A stretch of DNA of 64,000 nucleotides from Bacillota bacterium (GTDB taxonomy: Bacteria > Bacillota > DTU065). A program made the translations under genes and the position numbers. Shown piece by piece: positions 9,481 through 17,576 of this stretch (its first letter is position 1; every line of letters begins with the position of its first letter). A model generated the notes under the pieces. The model did not search any database. It was not told where the DNA came from and worked only from the letters and a program-made list of their open reading frames with translations. The stretch lies in the NCBI GenBank assembly GCA_018435125.1, contig JAHDNZ010000036.1, positions 31,014 through 95,013 of the forward strand, written 5' to 3'.

Positions 9481-10079
9481 TAAAAACCATGCATCTTGAA
9501 ATCAAGCCTCTAACCCCCGAACTTGCTGCTGATTTCTTTGACTTCTTCGAAAATCGAGCGTTCACAGATAATTCCCCATATCGGTGTTATTGCCAGTTCT
9601 ATCAAATGACCAAGGAACAGGAGAAAGCAGCGTTCGACAAAGTAGACGGGCCTGATATCGGTCGCGTGGCTCGAAAAGTAGCCGAGCGACAGATCGATTC
9701 AGGCATCCTGCAGGGATATCTTGCGTTTGCTGACGGCGTGACTATCGGCTGGTGCAACGCGAACGACAAAGCGAACTTTCCCATAGAATCGTGTACCGGT
9801 GAGCGTTTTTACGCGCCAGCCAAAAAGCGAGAAAAGGCCGTGGTGTGTTTCGAAATTGCCCCGGAATTTCGCGGGAAGGGTGTCGCCACCGCTCTTTTGC
9901 TGCGGGTCGTTGCCGACGCAAAAGCCGAAGGCTATATCGCCATCGAGGGTTTCCCCGTTGTGCGCAACAAACGATATGAATGGGATAACGCCGGCCCCAT
10001 TCGGTTATACGAAAAGGTCGGGTTTATAAAAGTAGCGGAAACGGAAAAAAATGCGGTCATGCGAAAGGAATTAAGATAA
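9477..10079 (+). CDS. GNAT family N-acetyltransferase
   Basis: Acetyl-CoA binding motif VCFEIAPEFRGKGVATALL. ATGA overlap with the methyltransferase stop. Higher-GC cassette. Confidence 0.7.
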   Translation: MIKTMHLEIKPLTPELAADFFDFFENRAFTDNSPYRCYCQFYQMTKEQEKAAFDKVDGPDIGRVARKVAERQIDSGILQGYLAFADGVTIGWCNANDKANFPIESCTGERFYAPAKKREKAVVCFEIAPEFRGKGVATALLLRVVADAKAEGYIAIEGFPVVRNKRYEWDNAGPIRLYEKVGFIKVAETEKNAVMRKELR

Positions 10080-10528
10080 TGAAATACGAATTTGATGCAG
10101 AAATCAAACGGCTTGAGGGTAAAATCCAGTGGAGCGTCTTTTATTTTCCCGAATCTGCTGTAGACTGTTTTGGCTCAAAGGGTAACATTCCTGTCAAAAT
10201 CATGGTGGATGGACACCCCTTTGAACACACGCTCTTGAGTTCTCGAAACGGACATTATCTCGTTTACAACGAATTTATTCGCCGCGCTGTCGGCAAAGAA
10301 ATGGGTGACAGTGTACACGTTACTTTGGAGAAAGACGAACAACCGAGAATTTTTACGGTTCCGGCTTATCTCGAAACGATTCTCAGGGATGGAGGCGTTT
10401 TGGAGACCTTTCTGAAACAGCCGGATTATTTGAAGCGCGAGCAAATCAACAAAATCGAATTGGCTAAGAAAGAAGAAACCAAGGCGAATCGGATTAAAAA
10501 GCTAATTACAGAGTTGGGAGATATCTAA
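10079..10528 (+). CDS. DUF1905 / YdeI-like domain protein
   Basis: TAATG overlap with the GNAT gene. Sequence pattern (KIQWSVFYFP...GNIPVKIMVDGHPFEHTLL) resembles the DUF1905 beta-barrel domain often fused or adjacent to YdeI/OmdA. Confidence 0.45.
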   Translation: MKYEFDAEIKRLEGKIQWSVFYFPESAVDCFGSKGNIPVKIMVDGHPFEHTLLSSRNGHYLVYNEFIRRAVGKEMGDSVHVTLEKDEQPRIFTVPAYLETILRDGGVLETFLKQPDYLKREQINKIELAKKEETKANRIKKLITELGDI

Positions 10529-10613
10529 AATGATTTGTCAAAACTGTAAGAAAAACATCCGCTAAATAGAGATATATGTCCCGATTGTCGGCTATCCTGT
10601 AAAACCAATCCCT

Positions 10614-10960
10614 GTGCCACCTGGTGGTAAAATCAACTTCGGCAACTTCGACTGGTTCGTGCCGTATATACAGGACGATAAGACGCTCATTATCACTGAG
10701 AAGGTAATCGAAAAGAGGATGTATCACAGTGAAGAAGCTTCCATCACATGGGAAACGTACGCTATGCGGAAATATCTGAACAGCGAGTTTTATAATTCGT
10801 TCAACGAAGCCGACTGCTAACAAGATATTTTTGCTGAGTATTAGTGAGATCCTCAAATATTATGGTGACAGCGGACAGATAAAAGCATGGTATATGTACC
10901 CGAATTGCGAATGATGCAAGGATAAGTTTTTGCCGTGGATTGATGACCAATAACATCAAC
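10614..10960 (+). pseudogene. DUF6273-like domain gene fragment, frameshifted
   Basis: Frame 10614-10820 reads ...ITWETYAMRKYLNSEFYNSFNEADC. The continuation ...KIFLLSISEILKYYGDSGQIKAWYMYPNCE lies in a different frame. No start context and no intact ORF. Confidence 0.4.
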
Positions 10961-10985
10961 CGCCACGCTGTGGAAGTAAAAAGAA

Positions 10986-11025
10986 CCCCTGCTAGAAGTG
11001 CAGGGGTATTTGTTATTTATTTATT
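10986..11025. terminator. Bidirectional Rho-independent terminator
   Basis: CCCCTGC tagaagt GCAGGGG hairpin (10986-11006) with a T-rich tract on the plus side and TTCTTTTT on the minus side. Lies between convergent units. Confidence 0.7.
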
Positions 11026-11767
11026 CCGTGCTTTCAAAACGCTCATTCATAATTAAATTTCTACAGTAAGTATATTCATCATCCCCGCAACCTTGCAAAA
11101 TTATCACATCTTCGCTATATGACTTTACACTCCAAAAAATCCCTTGATCTTTTATTGAACAAGATCCGGTATGAAAATTAGAAGAATCGACATCAGGTAT
11201 AATTACATCTTCACCCAGAAAGGAATAGAACCCACAATATGGTTCACTATTGTCTTGATAGTTTCTAATTCGAAAATATTGTCGTCCTCCGAATAGTCCT
11301 TTATCACAAGAAACAGTAACAGATGCTCCGCAGTAAATGTTTTCATCCTTGTTTCGAAGTAGAAAAACAAACTCCAGCTTATTGGTATTCATTGTAAAGA
11401 ACATCTCATCTTCAGATACCGTTGGCATATATCTATCAGGAGCTGCCAAACAGATTATGTCTTTTCTTAAATACGCTGATAAATCAACAGTCTGAAAACT
11501 TCGATTAAGTCTTTGTTTTAGCTTGAAATTATTACCAGAAGCTTCTCCAAGTGAATTAATAAATGCATATCCTGTAGCTGCTTCACTTTGATAGCGTTCA
11601 CAAATGCCGATCAGTTTATGTTCGGTACTATCTCCAATATATAATGCTGCTCCGAGAATATCATTGTCCAAATTATATAGTTCAAAAACAAATTGACGAG
11701 TTATTACTAGCTCTCTATTAGAAGATGAATACACCCCATATGGTATTGTGTGATTCATTTTTCTCAC
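11021..11767 (-). CDS. Hypothetical cytoplasmic Cys-rich protein (about 248 aa), no recognisable domain
   Basis: AGGAGGTGA RBS 5 nt upstream of ATG. No signal peptide. Several Cys residues in the C-terminal half. Island context. Confidence 0.5.
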   Translation of the reverse strand: MRKMNHTIPYGVYSSSNRELVITRQFVFELYNLDNDILGAALYIGDSTEHKLIGICERYQSEAATGYAFINSLGEASGNNFKLKQRLNRSFQTVDLSAYLRKDIICLAAPDRYMPTVSEDEMFFTMNTNKLEFVFLLRNKDENIYCGASVTVSCDKGLFGGRQYFRIRNYQDNSEPYCGFYSFLGEDVIIPDVDSSNFHTGSCSIKDQGIFWSVKSYSEDVIILQGCGDDEYTYCRNLIMNERFESTE

Positions 11768-12251
11768 CTCCTAGCAACAAATATCTAGAAATTTGCTCTT
11801 TACAAACTAAATAGTCTTGGTTTTCCCTTCTTGTCCAGCTTTTTACTTTGCTACAACTAATAGTTATGTTTTTGCACAAGTAATCTTTCCAATATTAGTT
11901 CAATAAAAGATGGTCTTAACAAGTATAAAACAGCATTAAGATAAGCTAACACCTTAGCTAAATTTCCATCAACCTAGTTTAGCTTTTCTACCATCTTCGT
12001 TTAGTAACTGACGTGGATGTTAATTTTCTTAAAATAGAGAACTCTAATGTTTCTTGCCATGAATTAGACAGTTGAGTTCGTCCCCTTGCCTATTTCCTAA
12101 AAACTCAATGTTTCGGTTTGAACAGGTTTAGCTAATTAAGGGTATTCATTTCCATCTTCTTTCTATAAACAACTTTTAGGCAGGAATATACATTCCTTTA
12201 TCTAAAGATCAATATGGTACATTTTTACCAGCAAACAAGGAGTTGAATTCC

Positions 12252-12881
12252 ATGGATATCAGTGGCCTTTTATCTTTGACATATATGTTAGCATATCTAG
12301 AAATCAAAAACCCTCAGAATAAACAGCTAAATAATATGTTTACTTCTTTATCTAAAACTCGGATTGCAGTAGTTGGTGCAATCTCAGGGTTTTTGGTGCC
12401 ACTGGCTATATGTCTGCCCGCTTTATTGTATTTAGGAGCTGGTTTTTTATATACAATTATGGCTGAAACTCTAATCCCTGGAATAACAGGATTTCAAGGC
12501 GAACCCTTTACAAACATATTTACGCAAAACCTTAGTTTTTTTAGCCAGATACTGGTTTTAATTCTAAAATATACAGCTCTGCCATCAATATTAATGGGTT
12601 TATGTGATATTACTTTGCGTCACAGATTTTTTAATAACCCCCAAAATAATGTATGGCCGTGGCTTTACAAACATTGTGCAGCCCCTATTTCTGCTTTTTT
12701 TATTATTATATCTATTTTAACATGGTCCTCTCGGAAAGCGATGTTTGGCATAGCCGGCTTGTTAGTTATCAACAGTCTTCCAGCTGTTTTTTTGGGATTA
12801 CTATACCGAGGTATTCTGCTTGCAACACTAGACAAGCAATTACTCATAATAACCAAATTTAAAAACCTTAGGTCTAGTTAG
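12252..12881 (+). CDS. Hypothetical polytopic membrane protein
   Basis: AAGGAG 10 nt upstream of ATG 12252. The TTG at 12243 in the track is too close to the RBS. Five to six predicted hydrophobic helices. Confidence 0.5.
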   Translation: MDISGLLSLTYMLAYLEIKNPQNKQLNNMFTSLSKTRIAVVGAISGFLVPLAICLPALLYLGAGFLYTIMAETLIPGITGFQGEPFTNIFTQNLSFFSQILVLILKYTALPSILMGLCDITLRHRFFNNPQNNVWPWLYKHCAAPISAFFIIISILTWSSRKAMFGIAGLLVINSLPAVFLGLLYRGILLATLDKQLLIITKFKNLRSS

Positions 12882-13186
12882 AACTCAGTTAACCATTTTC
12901 ACTAATATGCATACCAACTAATACTAAACTGAGAGCTTCTCCTTATAAGAGTTGGTAACTAAATTGTTATCGTCTTGATTGTGTGTAAGTTTTCAAATTA
13001 TCTGACTTAATCTTTGGACTATGTTCCTAGCACGTCTTTATTCATTGTTTAACTGAAAAAAGAAGTGTAATCTTCTATCATTTGACCTTCGGTGATTGTT
13101 GCGATTGCTGCTTTCTTTCTTAAGATTGATGAGACTGCAAATATCGGTAAGACCATGTCCAAAATGTCTTTAAAAAAGTAGCTTCC

Positions 13187-13225
13187 CCCTATTACAGGGA
13201 AAAGCTACTTTATTAATATTTAAAG
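13187..13225. terminator. Rho-independent terminator (serves the small minus-strand peptide gene; bidirectional shape)
   Basis: AAAAAAGTAGCTTCCCC ctattaca GGGAAAAGCTACTTTATTAATATTT. Confidence 0.6.
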
Positions 13226-13242
13226 AGGGATTTTACCCTGCT

Positions 13243-13344
13243 TTACCAACCGCATCCGCCGCCGTTCATAGTCATAATGACCAAAAGAATCAGTATTAAA
13301 AACAAGCCTGCTGCTTCTTGGCCATTTGAAGCCTTATCTACCAT
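13243..13344 (-). CDS. Small hydrophobic peptide, 33 aa (MVDKASNGQEAAGLFLILILLVIMTMNGGGCGW), YjcZ-like
   Basis: Below the ORF-track cutoff, found by eye. GGGAGG RBS 8 nt upstream of ATG 13344. The terminator hairpin lies 20 nt past the stop. Architecture is a hydrophobic core with a Gly/Cys-rich tail, as in YjcZ-family sporulation peptides. Confidence 0.45.
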   Translation of the reverse strand: MVDKASNGQEAAGLFLILILLVIMTMNGGGCGW

Positions 13345-13597
13345 AGCTGATCCTCCCTTCTAGAAAGGTTACTATAACTTATGCTGCGTTTTCAAAATCG
13401 CCATGAACTATTTAACTCATCTTATTGTTTTTTTAAAACCTGCCATCGAGTTCTAGAAGAGATTACCGGATTTCTAAAACTGAAGTTAGTACCTTTAATG
13501 TTCTGCTGATTTTCTCAAGACCTTTAACCTTGAAAAAACACAACTTTTGCAGGTCAAATTGTTTTTATGTCCAAATCCATCTACAGGAGGGAGCCAA

Positions 13598-14422
13598 ATG
13601 AAGCTAGCAGAGATAGTTGTGGAAAATGTAAGGAGTTTTAAAAAACTATTAAAAATTGACTTTACCGATCACTACACCGGTTTACCTAATGATCGTTTGG
13701 TTATTGTAGGTACTAATGCCTCTGGTAAAACTACACTTTTAGAAATAACTATTTCACTCTTAAAAGCTTTTTATCATGAGCAAGATTCTCTCTATAAGGA
13801 ACTTAGCTCAGCCGGAGTAGCTACCAAGGTGGTTTTTCTAGATCAAAACGATAACCGGCTTGCTCTTGAACTTAAAGATGGCAGGCTTTCACTAGAAGGT
13901 AAGAGTGAGCTTTTACCCTTTTATTTGTATTTCCCGGCGGAGCGCTATTTTTCTGAGCCAGCTCAATCAGAGCCAATAAAAATAAACCCTTGGGGCTATG
14001 AGTATAAAAACGGAGAAGAATACTTTACTAACTATTTAGATAATAGCTTTTCTGAGTTAGCCACCCGTTTTTTTTCAGGACGTATACTGGCTAAAACAGA
14101 TGATCAGTACACACTATCGGCTTCTGCCAACGATCCCACCCCGATACCATTAAAAAGACTACCTTCTGGCGAAAAGCAAGCCTTAATTTTGCTTACGATC
14201 ATTGCTAAGCATCTTAAAAGGAGATCGCTGGTGATGATTGATGAATTTGAACTTAGCCTTCATCCTACAGCTCAAAGAAAGCTTTACTATCTTCTCAGTG
14301 CTTATCTTAAAGAGAGAGATTCGCAACTAATTGTGGCCACTCATTCTCTAGAAATTGTCCGTGCATCCCTGGAAACAGAAGTTTTTAGTCTAGACGAAAT
14401 CTTAGGGGGGCTAAAGACATGA
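13598..14422 (+). CDS. AAA_21/ABC-type ATPase (AriA/AbiLi-like), short form, about 274 aa
   Basis: GGAGGG RBS 6 nt before ATG 13598. RecF/SMC-like N-terminal strand MKLAEIVVENVRSFKK, Walker A GTNASGKTT, signature-like LPSGEKQAL, Walker B/H-loop VMIDEFELSLHP (the DEPE..LHP hallmark of AAA_21). Confidence 0.65.
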   Translation: MKLAEIVVENVRSFKKLLKIDFTDHYTGLPNDRLVIVGTNASGKTTLLEITISLLKAFYHEQDSLYKELSSAGVATKVVFLDQNDNRLALELKDGRLSLEGKSELLPFYLYFPAERYFSEPAQSEPIKINPWGYEYKNGEEYFTNYLDNSFSELATRFFSGRILAKTDDQYTLSASANDPTPIPLKRLPSGEKQALILLTIIAKHLKRRSLVMIDEFELSLHPTAQRKLYYLLSAYLKERDSQLIVATHSLEIVRASLETEVFSLDEILGGLKT

Positions 14423-15273
14423 GCTACTTATCATTAGATCAACTGCTCCTTAGAATCCGCTCTGGGAAGGGACTAGCTATAGTCATTGAAGGCATTAAAA
14501 ACGGTGATGATGAGTGGGTATACTCCCAGTGGTTTGGTAATTTAGCTCATTTAGTAACTTTTTACCCCCAGGATGGTTATAGCCGTGTCTATGATGCGGT
14601 TGAAAATCTCAGAAATAAAAGCCCTCACAAACTTATTGCCGGCATTATCGATCGTGACTTCGCAACTGAAATTGAAGTTAAAGCACAGTTTGAAGCAGAT
14701 TATGCGCAACATGTCTATCGCACTAAACGTTATACCTTAGAAAATTATCTTTTAGAACCGGAAGGTTGGCTAGAGATAGCCTCTCTTTTTTGGCGTCATA
14801 AACATCCTGTGGGTTTTCGAACTTTGGAAGAATGCAGCCAAACTATTGAGTTGGTTTTTAAATCATTTTTACCTGCTGCAGCTTATAATTGGCTTGTCTG
14901 GGATTTAGGGCAAAAATACGGGCCCAAATATTATCTGAATTATAAAGACACTCCTAATCTAGATCCGGAAAAACTTTATTTTGATCTTCGTATCTACTGC
15001 CAAAGAGAAGGTCTGCCTAGTCCTGATGAATATGAATTAAGACTTAATCTCCTTCGAAGGAAAAAAGAGCTCTGGCATCAAAAGGTTAGTGGCAAAATGG
15101 TTTTTAATTATCTGATCGAAAACATTCCGGTTCCTAGAAGCCGCCCGGATAAACATCTTTTTATAAACTATTATGTATCCAGAACGGAAGCTCCAAAAGA
15201 GCTAAACCGCCTGGTTAATTTTCTGATCACTAAATATCTTAAGGAAGCATCTCTTGCCAAGAGTGCAATCTAG
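14419..15273 (+). CDS. DUF4435/Toprim-like protein (AriB/OLD-C-terminal-like), putative nuclease partner
   Basis: ATGA overlap with the ATPase stop. Acidic motifs VIEGIKNGDDEWVY and GIIDRDF are compatible with the Toprim E...DxD pattern of DUF4435. About 284 aa, matching the typical size of that family. Confidence 0.45.
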   Translation: MSYLSLDQLLLRIRSGKGLAIVIEGIKNGDDEWVYSQWFGNLAHLVTFYPQDGYSRVYDAVENLRNKSPHKLIAGIIDRDFATEIEVKAQFEADYAQHVYRTKRYTLENYLLEPEGWLEIASLFWRHKHPVGFRTLEECSQTIELVFKSFLPAAAYNWLVWDLGQKYGPKYYLNYKDTPNLDPEKLYFDLRIYCQREGLPSPDEYELRLNLLRRKKELWHQKVSGKMVFNYLIENIPVPRSRPDKHLFINYYVSRTEAPKELNRLVNFLITKYLKEASLAKSAI

Positions 15274-16411
15274 AAGGTTCGCCATCTAAAAATACACTGT
15301 AAAGGTTTTGATTTGCCATTTGCCAGGTTACTATATCATCATCTAGCTGCAGTTCGCCTTTTTCGGCAATCGAATAGGTTTTTCCTGACAACCTTCGCAA
15401 AAATCGCTCTAGATCATTTCTTTCCAGTGTTAATTTGCTAGACTCTCTTGCCCCAACAACCTTGATCATTTCCGAGATTAGCTCAGAGAGAGGACGTTTG
15501 GTAACCGCAACAATCTCTGCCAGTAAAAGACCAAGCCAAAGCCCATCTCCTACACCTAAATGGGGTCTATAGATAATCTCGTCGCCTACAAAAAAATCTG
15601 CCTCTTTTTCTACATCAAGACCTGCTCTTTCTGCCACACGATCAAAAAAGCGTGACCTATCCCAGGCTCTGGCTACACTTTTTAAACTTCCCTGTTCCTT
15701 AAGATAGCGAGCTATTAGAGCTGCTACAACTTCAACCTTTAGAACCTCCCCGGTGTCAGCGACAAATTCAGCCTTTGTACCTAAACTATTAAGTTTTAGG
15801 CCTAAATCAGCTCGTAAACGCAAGACTGATTCTCCTACTGTATTTATAGATATATCTCCATCTGAGCGAACTCGCCATAGACCTTTAAAAGTTATTATCT
15901 GTGAGAGTAAACTAAACAATTTAGCATCTTCCAGTCCACCCAAAGCTAAAAAAATCGACCCTAGCTTATCAGCTGCAGTTTCTCGACGCAGATGCCTAAT
16001 ATACTCTCTTTGTACATCTAAACGCATAGTTTTGCCACGTTTTCTTCTTTCCAAGCGTTTGATTGAAAAAGTGCCTTCAACATAACTTCCGGTTGTAGTT
16101 AAAAAAGTATAACTATTATCTTCTACATAACATGCTGAAGCACTAAGTCTTCTTGCCATAAGAGAGAGTTCTGGCAACAAACATTCTCCGGTTTGGGCTA
16201 CATCAAAACCGTTTGCCAGCAAAAGATCTACAGCTTGCAAAGCATAAACAGGAACCCCAATACTCTTGCTAGGGTCTTTATAACCGACAAGAGCTAATCC
16301 ACTTTGGGTTTTTTCTTTAAGGTAATCGGCCAAGTGTCCCCTTACCATAGGTGTATCATCTACAAGCTTTCCACTTTTAACCAAGTAGCCGTCTTTTACA
16401 GCCTCGTTCAC
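15239..16411 (-). CDS. Hypothetical protein with weak alpha-D-phosphohexomutase-like features (divergent active-site loops)
   Basis: GTG start with an AGGAGG RBS. Its start region overlaps the stop of the upstream CotS-like gene (TAATGTG). RLSASACYVE resembles the TASHNP loop with HNP lost. RSDGDISI resembles the DGDGDR metal loop. The 3' end overlaps the convergent gene by 35 nt. Confidence 0.3.
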   Translation of the reverse strand: MNEAVKDGYLVKSGKLVDDTPMVRGHLADYLKEKTQSGLALVGYKDPSKSIGVPVYALQAVDLLLANGFDVAQTGECLLPELSLMARRLSASACYVEDNSYTFLTTTGSYVEGTFSIKRLERRKRGKTMRLDVQREYIRHLRRETAADKLGSIFLALGGLEDAKLFSLLSQIITFKGLWRVRSDGDISINTVGESVLRLRADLGLKLNSLGTKAEFVADTGEVLKVEVVAALIARYLKEQGSLKSVARAWDRSRFFDRVAERAGLDVEKEADFFVGDEIIYRPHLGVGDGLWLGLLLAEIVAVTKRPLSELISEMIKVVGARESSKLTLERNDLERFLRRLSGKTYSIAEKGELQLDDDIVTWQMANQNLYSVFLDGEPSRLHSWQEMLP

Positions 16412-16412
16412 A

Positions 16413-17456
16413 TTACCACCTCCTAGTAGGTAGCTTAGGGAAAGGTTTCCAGGCTAGGGTTTCTTTAGGTTTGGTTTTTTCATCCACTGCAAGTTTTTTT
16501 TCACTTGCTTCTAATTCAGAATCTACACTAGTGGCATCATTAAAAGCTTCTGGTGCCTCCCCTTGGTAGCTTATTTCTTCTGGGCAAGGCATAAGCGCAT
16601 CAAGCGAACTAGTTTCAATTTCTTCCGGTTTACTAAGTGTCACAGATTCATTCTCGGTAACACTACTTTTTGCAGGTAAGATACTTTGTGTTTCTAAGTA
16701 TTCACTTACAGGTACACTAAGCTCACTTACCGGCAAATTGCTATATTCCTGCGTTGCTATAAGAGGCCATAGCATTTCCATTAACTCCTGTAACTTTTCC
16801 AAAGATGGCTCAACAGTGTCCTTTTTTGGTCCTATTTGTCCTAAAAGAATAGCACTATCCCAAATTAATTGTTCAGCCTGGACTAACTCCGTAGTGTTTA
16901 CAGGCAAGACCTCCTTATATTTTTGCAACACAAATTCTCTCGTTTTTTCATTGGCGCAATCGTAGAGAAGATGGGCTAAACTTAAGAGAGGATTTTCTAC
17001 CCGCAGATTCTCAAAAGCTCCCAGAGTCAATTCTCCGTATCTACCTACATATAAAGAATCGGGCATAATGTGAATCGAAAGCACATTACCATGAATCTCA
17101 AAAAGTGCAAGCTTATGGAGTCTGGCTAGCAATTTAGCTGCACGTTCCAAATCGAGCAAATTGGTTAAATCCAGAGCTCTTCCTTGAGGTTGATCGACAA
17201 GATAATAATAATTATCTAAAAGATAACCATTATCTGCTCCTTTATAAGGCAAAACCACCTTTACTAAGCCTGTTTTTGCAAGTTGAAGAGCTCGCTTTTG
17301 AGCCTCGTTAAAATCGCCTTTTTCCCAGGTTTTAAGTAAACGATTGCCACGTGATGTCTCCCATAAATTGCCTTCATATCTATAGACTTCAACTTGCCAG
17401 TAGGCTGCTGCCTTGCTTACCTCGTTATAGAGACGCAATTCCTCTGCAAAGTTCAT
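16413..17456 (-). CDS. CotS-family (spore-coat kinase-like, phosphotransferase fold) protein
   Basis: GGGAGGAAGG RBS. N-terminal YWQVEVYRYEGNLWE and a kinase-like core with an HxD-type region IHGNVLSIHIMPD, as in CotS/YutH-like proteins. Confidence 0.45.
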   Translation of the reverse strand: MNFAEELRLYNEVSKAAAYWQVEVYRYEGNLWETSRGNRLLKTWEKGDFNEAQKRALQLAKTGLVKVVLPYKGADNGYLLDNYYYLVDQPQGRALDLTNLLDLERAAKLLARLHKLALFEIHGNVLSIHIMPDSLYVGRYGELTLGAFENLRVENPLLSLAHLLYDCANEKTREFVLQKYKEVLPVNTTELVQAEQLIWDSAILLGQIGPKKDTVEPSLEKLQELMEMLWPLIATQEYSNLPVSELSVPVSEYLETQSILPAKSSVTENESVTLSKPEEIETSSLDALMPCPEEISYQGEAPEAFNDATSVDSELEASEKKLAVDEKTKPKETLAWKPFPKLPTRRW

Positions 17457-17576
17457 GTTCCTTCCTCCCCAAACTAAGCTAATAACAGTCTATGATACGA
17501 AGGTCCCCCATGTGACTAAAGCATCAAGACAAAAAAAGGCCTCTGCCAATTTATGTATGTGAATAGCAGAGGTCTT

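Noticed and set aside
10506-10856. 116-aa minus-strand ORF overlapping the DUF6273 fragment
   Set aside because: Antisense to a frame with recognisable domain signal. No RBS. Likely a chance ORF in pseudogene DNA.
12653-12862. Two small ORFs (69 aa + strand, 63 aa - strand) inside the membrane-protein gene
   Set aside because: Embedded in or antisense to the longer 12252-12881 frame with consistent hydrophobic periodicity. Chance ORFs in AT-rich DNA.
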